DNA of 64,000 bases, from the NCBI RefSeq assembly GCF_009834535.1, contig NC_045697.1, positions 105,526,001 to 105,590,000 on the forward strand. Direction: 5' to 3'. The notes below the pieces were generated by a model. It did no database searches and was not told the DNA's origin. It saw nothing but the letters and a program-made list of their open reading frames with translations. Of this stretch, positions 1-11,899 are shown one piece after another (position 1 is the stretch's first letter; every line of letters begins with the position of its first letter). This DNA is from Camelus ferus. Taxonomy: Eukaryota. The translations under genes and the position numbers were made by a program.

Positions 1-303
1 TACTTTGGAGGAAGTCTTTTGTCAGTGTCTAGAAGTTTTTTGAGTTTTAAAAGTTATATTGTTTTTATTCTTTTACTCTGAACAAGCCATTTTCATCATC
101 TCAGGAGCATTTCTAACTGGCCACCACAGCACAGTTCTTCATGCTGAAAGATGGATCCCACGTCCCGATTTCCAGCCTCACTCTGCCCCAGGGGTTCTGT
201 GGACTCCACCAACCCCTTCTAGTTGTTTCCTATGTGAAGTGCTAGGGGAGCCTATTTTTTCCACCATATTTTTTTCCTTAGGGGCTTCCCATACAAAGAG
301 CCT

Positions 304-720
304 TGTCCCAGCTTGGGTTCTTCAGAAGCGGGTTCTTCAGAAGCAGGTTCTGAGTCAGAGACCAGAGTGAGAGATGTGTATCATTAGCCAACACCTGTGG
401 AAGGAAGGAGGCTTGGGCAGAGGGAGAAGTTGACTTGAAATGTTGGCCAGCCATCCCATGGGGACTCTGGAGCTTATATATTCTTTCAGAGTTGTTTCTC
501 AGGAGCCAAAATGGCCAGGTCTTTATGTTGTTGCTGCAATCCGTCATTGGATGTGGTGTGTCCCTGGAAGGACATGGCCTTGGTTGAGGAGGGCCTCCAC
601 AGCTGGAACTAGGCAACTAGAGGAATCTGGCAATAAGGGGTCCTTTGCTGGCAGCATCCCCAGCAGCTGGGATGACAATTTCTTCCTTGAAGAGGATTTG
701 TGCATCACATCTCGACATCC
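304..720. mobile_element. Ancient ERVL-type LTR remnant (LTR16/LTR33-like)
   Basis: Starts TGTCCCAGCTTGGGTTC...AGAAGCAG..CTGAG, resembling ERVL LTR termini; contains a perfect 15-bp tandem duplication GGGTTCTTCAGAAGC (315-329, 330-344). Right boundary approximate. Confidence 0.5.
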
Positions 721-807
721 ACCGCAAGTCTTTTGGCTAATCTGGGCCTCAAGGCATGACACAGGTATCCCACACTTTCTCTAAGTAGATACATGAACGA
801 GAATAAT

Positions 808-1013
808 GGCCCTAATAATTCTTTCTTGGGGTGGAGTGGGGGCAGGAGAGGGCTGTCCCGTGCACTGTAGGATATTTAGCAGGGTCCTTGGCCTCCATCC
901 ACTAGATGCCAGTGGCAGTCCCCCTCTTCCTCAAGTTATGACAACTAAAAATGTCTCCAAGATATTGCCAAATGTCCCTTGGTGGACAAAATTGTTCCTG
1001 GCTGAGAACCAAT
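808..1013 (-). mobile_element. MER20-like hAT-Charlie MITE
   Basis: GGGCTGTCCCGTGCACTGTAGGATATTTAGCAG...CCACTAGATGCCAGT...AAAAATGTCTCCA...TTGCCAAATGTCCC...TGAGAACCA matches the reverse complement of the MER20 consensus as recalled. Confidence 0.85.
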
Positions 1014-2345
1014 CTGTTACATGGACTAAAGGCGAAAGTATAATTTTGATTTCCTAGTTTAAATTAGCTGATATACTTAAGCAGAAAGCAGAAAAAATAT
1101 CATCTTTTGATAATGCAAAGAAAAGCTCATTCATAATTATTGTGCCAAAAGAATGATTACTTAAGTGGTTAGTGGAAAAAGAATTCTGTGCTTCAGGGTG
1201 GAGATTACTAGGCACTAAATAACTTTGCATGTGAATACAATGCTATGCTTTCTATTTTCCCAAGTGTACTGTAAATTTGCTCGGGTGCTTTTTTCTTCTC
1301 TTTCTCTCTTTCACTTAAAGATGTGAGATGGCAGATTTCACCCTTTCCCTTGCTTCTGCGATGATCTGGCTTTGGTGTAGCATGTCATCCAGGGAAGCTG
1401 TGCTCTAGGTGAGGTTATTGGGTGCAACTGGTTTCTAACTCAATAGTTTGGTTAGTTGTAATGGAAGGTAAAAGAGAAAAGCAAATGCAAGGAATTGAAA
1501 TAAGACATTTGTACTTCTTGCTTTTTCCTCCTCTCCAGATGTGGATGACTTCAACTTGTGTCTAGGTCTCACTTTACCATTTGATCTAAAGCTGATGTTG
1601 ACTTCTTACGTATTTTTCCAAGTTTGCTCTGGGAGAGCAGTTGATGCCTTCTTCTTGTCAAGTGTAGAAGAATGAGGTATGAGAAAACAGGAACTGAGGT
1701 ACAACCAAATGCTGGACATAAAGTTTCCAGAAATGTTTTCTTCATGACTGCTGAGGAGCTGGCGATTAACACAACAGAATGTTTTAGGTTATGTTTCAAA
1801 TAATGGCATGAACTGGATGCTGAGATATTCTCCCCAAAGGGAAGGCGCAAGATTTCCTCTCAATGGAAAATTCATATTTGAAATGTCTGTGTGAAATATG
1901 TAAGCTAGAGCATTTCCATTTTGGAGCAGGATGAAGATTAAGGAAAATGCAAAGTCAGTTGTGTAAAATAACTTCAAAGAATTTTGATTCAGTAGAGAAA
2001 AGTCAATTGTACTTTTAGAAAACATACACAGAGATTAGTGATGAATTTTGAAACCTTATGTGTTTACAAATATTTAAAATTGCTTTTCAATTTGTCCCTT
2101 CACAATCATTGGCAGGTACTTCTCTCCGTTAGGGATTTGTGATTCTTTCTTGGAATTATCAAATCCCATTAAATCGACAGGTATTATGAAATGTGTTCCT
2201 TGCCATGGGTATAAGACTAATACAAAACACCTGCTCAAATTCTTGAGCATAACCTGTTGCCAGAATACTGATTGTTCAAGAGACTCAAACTTCATAACAA
2301 ATCTTTTTGCAGACTTCTCTGGGAATGTATAGTAAGATCACTCTG

Positions 2346-3208
2346 TATCTTTTGACTCCCTTCACCCACCTTGTCCACCTCCTGCCAACTCTCCCCACCT
2401 CTGACCACCACCAATCTCTTCTCCCTCACGATGAGCTTGTTTTCTTTTCCATTTTGTTTTTTTTAAGATTCCACATATAAATGAGATCATATGGGTATTT
2501 GTCTTTCTCTGGCTTATTTCACTTAGCATAATGCTTTCAAGGTCTACCATGTTGTTGCAAATGGCAAGATTTCATAATTTTTAAGACTGCATAATACTCT
2601 ATTGTATACACAGATATATAGGGAGAGAGCACAATTTCTTAATCTATTCATTGGTCCATGGGCACATAGGTTGCTTCTATATCTTGGCTTTTATAAATCA
2701 TGCTGCAATGAACAAGGGTGTTCCTGTATCTTCTCAAGTTAGTGTTTTCATTTTCTTCAGCTAAATACCCAGAGTCAGAATTGCTGGATCATATGGTGGT
2801 TCTATTTTTAATTTTTCGAGGACCTATCATACAATTTTCTATAGTGGCTGCACTGGTTTACATTCCCACCAATATTGCACAGGACTCTCTTTACTCAACA
2901 TCTTCACCAGTATTTGTCACTTCTTATCTTTTTAACATCAGCCATTCTAACAAGTGTGAGGTGATATGTGCAGCGTGGTGACTATAGTTAATAATATTGT
3001 ATCGCATATTTGAAAATTGCTAAGGAGTAGATCTGAAGAGTTCTCATCACAAGAAAAAAATTCTGTAACTGTGTTTGGTGACAGATGTTAATTAGACTTA
3101 TTGTAGTAACCATTTTGCAATATATACAAATATTAAATCATTATTTTGCACACCTGGAACTAATATAATGCTGTCTGTTAATTATACCCTAATTAAAAAA
3201 TAATTTTA
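2346..3208 (+). mobile_element. 5'-truncated, 5'-inverted L1 (L1MA-like 3' end)
   Basis: Antisense ORF2-end/3'UTR at 2346-~2966 (ORF 2362..2550- reads DLESIMLSEISQ), then sense 3' end ~2967-3208 ending in an A-rich tail; TSD AAGATCACTCTG 2334-2345 / AAAATCACTCTG 3209-3220. Confidence 0.9.
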
Positions 3209-6200
3209 AAAATCACTCTGATAAAAATATCAAAACATTTTTTTTTCATTGCTTCAATATGACCCTGTTTATTATAGCTGACACACAGTAGAAGTCCTAT
3301 ACATCGTTGTTCAAGGGGAAAGCAAGCAGTTACTCACAGAGTCTGATTGGATTGGCCCAGAGAAAGGGGTCCAGCCTACACATATCCCCAATTGGGAAAC
3401 ATGTCACAGTGATTGGCAATGCTTTACTGGAGGTGCTTTTATGGGGGGATTAGTGTGTGTCCCAGGTTGGTGGCCACACAACTTAGGAAGTTACTACAAA
3501 CACTGTTTGCACAGTTACTGTTATGTGAGAATTTGATAATCCTTTTTTAGATTAGAAAGTGTCCACAGACTGAAAAAAAAAGGTTGGGACTCCACAGATT
3601 TATGTAAAATTAGAACATTATTAACTTAGAGCAACAGACTTAAGTTCTTCCCTCTCCATGGATGGCTAGCTAAGTATGGGCATCTGAGTGAGAGGAATTG
3701 GTTGGATAATCCAATCAACTAGTGACTTCCAACCACGATGGTCTGACGCTGCCATGCTTGTCCTCATCTCAGGACAGTGCGGGAGACACTCCTCAGATCC
3801 TTTTTCACAGACACCTTGCAGACCAACAAATTGAAAGCCCATTATATTTTGAGTCCTCTGAACTTCTCCTGCTTTGTGTCATTCCTAAGGCCATTGTATT
3901 TTATTTTAACATTTCCTTTAACATTTAGAAAAATGCACGTATTCAGTGGGTTTGCATGAACTGAAAACACCCAGTGGAACCAGCACTGGACCAAGAAACA
4001 GAAAATTTCCAATACCTAGAAACCCTGCATGTCCCCTTCCAATCTCTAAGCACTTACCTGAGGGTAAACACTATTCTTACTTCTTGCTACAGCACAGAAT
4101 AGTTTTGTTGAAGCCAGGACAGTTTGCTTCATTAGAATTTTATTTCTAGGTGGTCGTGTTGATTTCAACCTTGCTGTTGCCCCATGTCTTGTATGTAGGT
4201 AGGACACTGCCCGAGGAAGTTCTACCCAAACTGAATTGCTCCAAGGTGCTCTGGGCAATCAAGATTCAGGGAGAAGGGTGGAGCATGGGAGGAAGTGGGC
4301 ATCATGGGAGAAGGACTTTGAAAAAGTGAGCTGGGCACAGGTCAAAGAAAAAGGTCCCCATCTTCAAACCTCTGTTGGGAAAAGCTCTAGGGAACAAGAG
4401 TTCTCATTTCTTTTAGCAACTTTCCCCTTGAGATCTCTGTATGGTTCTTATTGTTGACTTTGCCATTTGTCCTTGTAGAGGAAGATCAAGTGTTACTTTC
4501 AGCACCAAATAACTTGGTGAGTATTAAAGACATAAATACTGAGATTTATAAGAACACTGTGCTTACATGAGTACTTTATTTTAGTGCATTTCTTTTTCAG
4601 GGCTGAATAGGACTCATATTTTCAATTCAACAACAGATCATTAGTCACTAACAAGAGGTAGAAAAGATCAGTCAAAGCACAGGATTGCATAATTAATGGG
4701 AGGGTGGAGGGTGAGTAGAAACTTCCGAGGATCGAAAAACACTGAGTAACTTACAGAAACACCCACCAGCTCTCACTTGCTAAAGACTGAGGTATTTCTT
4801 TTTTTCCGTCTCTCTTTAAGGAACATCAGTCTTGAGTGTCCTTTACTAAAGGTAAGAGTAGGAAGTAGCAGTGTGACTTATCCAACGTCAGCATAACCTA
4901 AGAGTGGCACCTTTTCTTTTCCCCAGCACAATTCTTGGAAGGTCCACTTCATAGAAGAGCATGGCTCAGGGAAACTCCTTGATAGCCCTGGATACTTCCT
5001 CTGTCTTTTGAGACAGACCCCATCCTTCCAAATGCAGTAATGCTTTCAGTGGTTAGAACACGTGACTTATTAAGGAAATTTAAGGGAGTTGTTTTCTCTT
5101 CTGTCTGATCTACTTTTATATGGTCCTCTGCGTTCTTCCCAGCAGAGCTAGGGCTTGGGCTGGAGCCAGGAGAGATGGAGAGTGAGGCAAGGCTGAAGAC
5201 TCATTACTCTGTTCCTCCACACATACAAGAGAACAGCCATACCTGCCAGCTGGAATGGGGTTTGTATACCCTGGGAAGTTTTGGTAGCCCCAAAGCTGGG
5301 AATAAAAGACCCCTAAAGTGTTCGGTCTGGGAATTTCCCTTCAGTTTCATTCTGAGCCCTGGGAATTTATCTCACTGAGCCCCACATAAAAAGAATGCCC
5401 TGAAGTCCATCCATATTTACAGCTTGCTTTATGCCATGCTTTCTTCTCGAGTCTCAGTTCTATTTGCCTTTTCAGTTTTGATCTCTATGTCATTTCCCCT
5501 CTCATTTGTGTCCCTACTCAAATTCCTCTCTTACGTCCAGTAGGTTTCTTTTGACTTCTTATCTGACTCTGTTCATCTGGTCTTCAATGCAACTCCCACT
5601 TTGTGAAGGTGGGGCTACCAAAGTGAAGCTCTGTTTGATGAATCCTGGTTTCCATGTTCTAGTTATTCCCAAGCTGTGGTTTAGCCCAGGGCTCGCCCTC
5701 TGCCCTTCTCCACCCCTCCTTGCCTGTTTCTTTTTCCATCTGTGCCAATTATTCATTTATAATGAGAAATACAAATGTCAAGTTGATTGCAGTGTTTGTT
5801 TTTGTTAGATTGGTATAATATTTTTCCCCCATGGGCAAAAGAAAACTTGCTTAGCAAACATAGAATCAGATGTAAGTTAGTCAATTATGATTTGATTGTT
5901 GAAGCTACGCATCTTGGAAACAGGGAAGTGCATTCCACTCGGGTCATATGCTTGTGCTCGGGAATGCTTCTGCCATGTTGGATGGTGCTGGTGTTCTGTG
6001 TGGTAGACTTTGGGGATCCTCCTTTTCCCGGGTCCAGATGCAGACAGTTTATATGGCAACAGCTTGGGCTTTGAAAAGGCTTCCACCTTCTCAGTGTCTC
6101 TATGTTTCTCTGCTCTTTCTTTCTGCCGCTTTAATGATGCATTTCTACACTTCTCTTCATTTCTTCTATCTTCCTGTCTTTTATTTCTTCCCCTGGAAAG

Positions 6201-7134
6201 AACCCTCTCATGCTGCACGTCCTATGCCTTACTGTATACTCCTGGCATTGTACCTCCATCTCTGTCCTCATGGCCTCTGTTTCTGTTTTCCTATGGTGCA
6301 GGGTCTGTTCATTTGCCATAGAAAACCAGACCATCACTGGTGACTAAAGAAAGGCACCCACAGAATCTATGTTTCTTTACATTTTCTAGAAATAGGAGAG
6401 TGCAATCACCACTAATTCTTAACTTCTTTAGCTTCAGCAATGTGGCAGGGACCAAGGTACATCAAAGGCTTTTGGACAACCTCAGCTAATTGTCAACCAT
6501 GGTAGTGACCCATAAAGATACCACTCTGGAGCTTTTAAGGCACGATTATTTATAGTGAATGTTATATAATAATATTTACCTTAAAACTCTTAACTGTTTA
6601 TCTTACCAAGGGTGGGAATGGAGTGGAGGAGGCACATCTTAGGATCTCTGCTTAATTAGTCTCTTTAGGACTTGCTCTCAGCAGCATTTGTCTGTTTTTT
6701 TTTTAATCCCCTGAGTAAATGAGTAAGTTCAGTGGGGGAGATCCTAAACTGGATGGGAAAATGAACCCAAGAAGAATTAAAATGGGTAATGATATTTGGG
6801 CTCTTAGTTGCCCAAATCCCACGTGTTCACTAACTTGAGATGAAACTGCTATAAATGAAGTGAATGAAAGTAGAATGAAAAAGGGATTAGGCTATTTTAA
6901 AAGAAAACCTTTGTTTTCATTTTTTTAACAATGTGAATGAACTCCAATTAGCTGTTTACAACAGGTTGCCAAGTAGAACTCCTACCAAAACTGTTTTAAT
7001 TAATAACAAAGACTCATTTGTAAGTAGTCGTTTTTTTTTTTTTTTCTTTCCACCAACGATATTGTGAAAGTATGAAGCATGTTTTTGATTGGTTTATCAT
7101 TCCTTCTGCCGCTGGGCTTATATTGATTTGCTCA

Positions 7135-7278
7135 GATCCTTGCTACTCAAAGTATCAACAGAGAGTTGGTAGAAATGCAGAACCTCAGGGCTACATCCCA
7201 GAACTACTGAATCAGAATCTGCATTTGACAAGATCCCCAGGTGATTCCTCTGAACGTTAATGTTGAGAAACATTGACC
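7135..7278. mobile_element. MER5A-like hAT MITE
   Basis: TAGAAATGCAGAA..TCAGG...CCCAGAACTACTGAATCAGAATCTGCATTTGACAAGATCCCCAGGTGATTC...TTGAGAAACATTG, the typical MER5A core. Confidence 0.85.
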
Positions 7279-8231
7279 TGGAAGATCTTTCACTCCAAAT
7301 TACCAAAAAGTTAAACTTCAGATTATTGTTTTTGAAATTACCTCAGATTCTGAATTAGTAGGGTCAAAATTAATCAGCTCTTATTTAGTAAATTTCATTT
7401 CTATTTGTAGACTAAATTTTACTATTTTGCTTTTATTTAAATGTTTTATCTTATAGCTCATTTCATAGGCTTGAATTATCTCCTTTAGAGAAGAATATCT
7501 ATTAAAAGCTGGAGTCATGCCCAAATCCTCTTTAAATCTATTCAGCATCAGTGGGTTTTGTCCATAGGATTCTACTGGAGGGAGGTTTTGACATCATTGG
7601 CGTTTCCTTTTCTCTGGCGTATTGTGTTCTTTCCTCTAACTGTGTCTTCAACAATTTCCTCCAGCCCTCAGTAGAAACCTATGTCTCCTGTTTTATGCTC
7701 TGTATTAAGAACTCCAACAAACTTACAGAAGTCTCCTAATATATGTTCAACTGACAATATTTGGAACCTACTTGATAAGGTAGACATTTCTTAAATACGG
7801 TAAAACACATTCAAAGACAAGTTTCAGCTTTTGGTTCAAAGCAGAGCAAATTTGTAGAGCATCAGGGAAAAACTACTTATAGAATATACTTTGCATTTCT
7901 TACATCTACTTTGTCTTTTATCTTTGTGCTTCAAACAACAGCTTTAAGTAGTTCAAACACGTGTAAGCCAAAAACTATCAGGCAAAATAAAAATAGTACA
8001 AGTCATATTTGCCTGGTATCACTTTAAAAGGAGCATTTACTGATCAGTCTGGGCATCCTTATGGTCTCTTTAAGCATAGATAATATTATCTGGATGGCAT
8101 CCTTTATCTTAGTTATTTATAAATACACCCTGAGGTTAAAAAAAGTTCAAGACTGCCACTTTAAAAAAAGAAACACTTTTTAGACATTCAATTTTCTTGC
8201 AGATGAATCTCAAATTATTGTGAAACTAGAA

Positions 8232-8352
8232 TATAAACTCTCTGAAGGCAGTATTTTTGTCTGTTTTTTTCAGTTTTGTATCCACTAGCACCTAGGACAA
8301 TGCCCTTCCCACGGTATATAATAAGTACTTGCTGACAGAATGAATAGATGAA
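8232..8352 (+). mobile_element. L2 3' end fragment
   Basis: AAACTCTCTGAAGGCAG...CTAGCACCTAGGACAATGCC...AATAAGTACTTGCTGA..GAATGAAT, resembling the L2 3' terminus. Confidence 0.7.
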
Positions 8353-9449
8353 TTAAAAGATTAAAAAGATTGAAAATGTGAAGTCCCTTAGGAATTAAAT
8401 GGTTTGGATTATTTCTTATTGGTAGCATTTTGCTAGAAATGTCTTTGAGTAATAGGATTCTCCCTGGAAACAAGATCTTATCTAAACAACTGAATAACAG
8501 AAGCCAAAGATAACCGTGATTCTTGAAAGGACTATGAAGGAATGGCCCCAACAATCCGTCCAGTTTACCTGCAGCTCATCGGTTTCACAGCTGTTAGCTA
8601 TGATGGTGTCACAGCTGAAGTGCTTTCCTCTTAGAGTCCCTTCTCTTCCCATTCCTTGATCTGACCCTATCACTTGACTTCTTGTAGCAAAACTGCTGAG
8701 GGATTTCCTTTCTACTTCCCACCTATCACCTTCCTGGACCTGAGATGTGGCCAATTTTTCCTTTTAGTCTTGACTTTAATGCCCTTCTCTCTATGTGATT
8801 GGCTGGTGGCTTGACTCAGCTAAATTTATCTGATAGGCTTCAGACCTCCAATGTATCTCCCTTTTCTGTATGGAAGAACATAATCTATGTTGATGGTGGG
8901 GTGGGTAGACAGAAAGATAGGGAATGATGGAGTGATGTTTTCCCTTTTGGGGAAGCTTTGGGGTCAGAGTAACTTCTGTTCTTTCCCATGTTTCACCTCT
9001 CTGTCCTGTAAAAAGGCCCCCTGAGAAAGCTGGCCTTCCCACAACCCTGCTGAGTTCTACAGCTTTCAAAAGGGCTCATTATTTTAAAAGTGTATTTTAT
9101 AATTTTAAAAAGAAAAGTCAACTCTGTTGTTTTCAATTCAATTTTACTGCTAAAAATGTGGAGAGCAATTTCACATGTTTTGTGGACTGGCCTTGGAAAC
9201 TTAATTCCTACTGGGAAATACATTATATTAAAAAAAAAAACATGATTTGCTAATGAACTTTCAGAAGCTGGGAACCATAATATAAAGTATTATGTTTACA
9301 ACCTAAAATCAAAAGTTTTTGAAAAAACTGGAAAAGATAATTCCTTAAGCCATTGTAGAAGCAACCAATTATTCATCTAACTGTTAGCCAGTTTGTAGCC
9401 TTTATGATAAAAGGTGCATCACAAGCAAAGTGTATGTTTGGAAACAACA

Positions 9450-9660
9450 TAGTAGGGTGGCCAACAGGTGTGAACTCTCTAGTGCCACTTACAAGTTATA
9501 TGAGATCAAACGTTTGCTTTTCCTGTTGGTGTCCCAGTTTCCTCATGTAATAAGAGACATAATAAAATAAATTACCTTATATAATTATTATAAGGATTAA
9601 ATAAAATGCTGTATGTAAAACCTAAGTGTGGTGATTATCACGCACTAACTGCTAAATAAA
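9450..9660 (+). mobile_element. MIR SINE remnant
   Basis: GCCACTTAC...CCCAGTTTCCTCAT...TAAGGATTAAATAAAATG..GTATGTAAAA, a degenerate MIR core. Confidence 0.6.
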
Positions 9661-10229
9661 CAGCAGTTCTAATTGTCTTATACATATCAACATCTGTTTA
9701 CCTGTTTGAAAGTTCAACTGCCTTTGAATGAATCTAAAAATCAATGACCTGTTAAGACATGCTGAGAGTTTTACGTCATGTGCCCTGTGAAAACATGTTA
9801 TGAAAGTGAGTTGCTTAGCAAGAGAGGAATCTTAGCCCACCCTAGCATCCACATCTCATGCAATTTGTCCTTTGCCATTTGATGTCAGGTACAACTGATG
9901 ACCCTGGAAAGGAAGCCAGGTGCTTATGTAGGCAACAGTATTGGCAAATCTGAAGATGTATGGATACATTCCTTCTAAGAGCTGAAGTCTGTTTGTTAGA
10001 TGTGTTACTCCTTTAAAAAGCAGGCTGCTAATAGCATTTTTATTTTGCAAATAAATAAAATTCAAATTCAATAGTCCATAATGTTTGGCTATCCTACATC
10101 CTACATCGGTGGTGGACTGAATATTACAACTCAAACATTTTTGTTGGTGGTTTCAGAGTCACATTCCAACAAGAACAGCTAAGAGCTTCCCGGCACAGAA
10201 CTGGATGAGACATAATTCAGGCAAACGTT

Positions 10230-10897
10230 GCTGTTTGAACCAGGCCTATAATAATAGGCTACAATAAAAAAAAAAAATAAAAGGAATCACACTGGTTATT
10301 TTAATAGTGAGCATTTAACATAAAGAATTGTTAACTAACAATGGAAGAGAATTGACAAGGCTGAAAGATATCCTGAAGGGATCTCCAAGGTAACCACTGC
10401 AGGGAACAGCTATCAACCCTGGGGCTGAGAGAGGCTGAGAACACAGAGGGAGGGGGTTGGAGTTATTAAAACAAAAGCTTGGAGGAGAGGGCTGGTGTTT
10501 GGATGGTCCGAGGAGGAGCCCTGTGGACCTGGGACCCAGATTCCTAAAGAGAGGGCACTGGCTGCTGCTGGTGTCTCTGAGCGGGCACAGTAAAGTTGGA
10601 AAAAACTGCAAACTGGATTTGACAGCTGTTCCCGGGATTAACTGCCACGATCAAGGTGAAGAAGGGGCACTGCTGATTGGTGCTGTCAGAAACAAAGCCC
10701 AGGGTGTGAACGGGAAGCAGCAGCCCTGTTCCCCTTCTCCAGCCCTGTAGTCTGCTTCTAGCAGCCCAGCTGAAAGTCTAACAGAGCCAGCCAGTGAAAC
10801 AGAAGTGCAGCTTGCAGAGTCCTAGTCTCAGCATCACAAAGCAGAGGCCAGAAGGATGGGTTTGAAGGTGAGAAACTGCAGCATAATATCTAGCACA
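10230..10897. mobile_element. Ancient ERVL LTR (LTR67B-like)
   Basis: Ends GCAGAGTCCTAGTCTCAGCATCACAAAGCAGAG...GGGTTTGAAGGTGAGAAAC...ATAATATCTAGCACA, resembling the LTR67B terminus as recalled. Left boundary approximate. Confidence 0.55.
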
Positions 10898-11352
10898 GAC
10901 AGGGTCTACACGGTGGTGTTTGAAGTTAGAGAAACAGGGCAGAATCAGTGGTTCCGTGAGATCTGTCTGTCCGTCCTCGGGCCAGTGGGGTGCTACCAGA
11001 TAGGATTAGCCACGGTGACTGCCCTGTGGGGGAAGCATGAGTCATACGTGGTGCGGGGATTCAGAGGCGGTATTGGAGGCATGTCCCTGGAACTTAATGG
11101 TTTGGCTGCCAGATTTACGGCAGGAATACATAGCCTGCGAAGTGTTGGACCGAAGCTGTTGCAATTATTGTCGTCCCTGTCAAAGTGATTCAGAAGCTGA
11201 GGAGGATCTGAGGCTGGCAGGGAGGGTCGTCAGTGACTACTGTGGTGGTGAAGGAGCCTAGATTGGGGAAGGTGGCTGAGAACCCATAGAGATCCAAGCC
11301 AATACTCCAAGAGGAGGACAGGGAATACTTGTTTTAGTTTGCAGCAGCTGAG

Positions 11353-11353
<1 letters not shown>

Positions 11354-11441
<88 letters not shown>
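11354..11441. repeat. Compound microsatellite (TG)16(AG)28
   Basis: Read directly from the sequence. Confidence 0.98.
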
Positions 11442-11443
<2 letters not shown>

Positions 11444-11699
11444 GGAGAGAGGACTTTTTGTACTGTGTATCTTGACTAAAAGAAGGTAAGCAGTTCTCAG
11501 GACACTGTAGAATTTCATGATGGAAAACCCACACCTGTTCAAATCTCCCAAGACCCTTGGTCAATCAGAGTGCACAGTGAGGGATGATGTGGCCCCAGAG
11601 CACGTTAATCCTTAATTGCCTTGAGCTGGCATCCGTGGAGCTCTGCAATCTGACCTGTCCTCACTTCTCCAGTGCTGCCCACCACCATTCCCTGCCAAC

Positions 11700-11852
11700 A
11701 TTACCAGTCACCTGTGGAACACTACAGATAACATAGTGCTAGATTCCTCCCAGATCAATTAAATGAGATTATGTGGAGACTGGGACAGGGGCATTGGTAT
11801 ATTTAAAAAGCTCCCCATGATATTCTAATGTCAGCCAAAGTTATGAACCATG
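11700..11852. mobile_element. MER5-like MITE remnant
   Basis: CACCTGTGGA...TATATTTAAAAAGCTCCCCATGATATTCTAATGTCAGCCAAAGTTATGAACCA. Confidence 0.6.
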
Positions 11853-11899
11853 TGCTGTGAGGGAATCCAATGCCCCAACTCATCTGGTCTCATATTCCA

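Noticed and set aside
11258..11564. ORFs with SLSLSL/HTHTHT runs
   Set aside because: Translation of the (TG)n(AG)n microsatellite.
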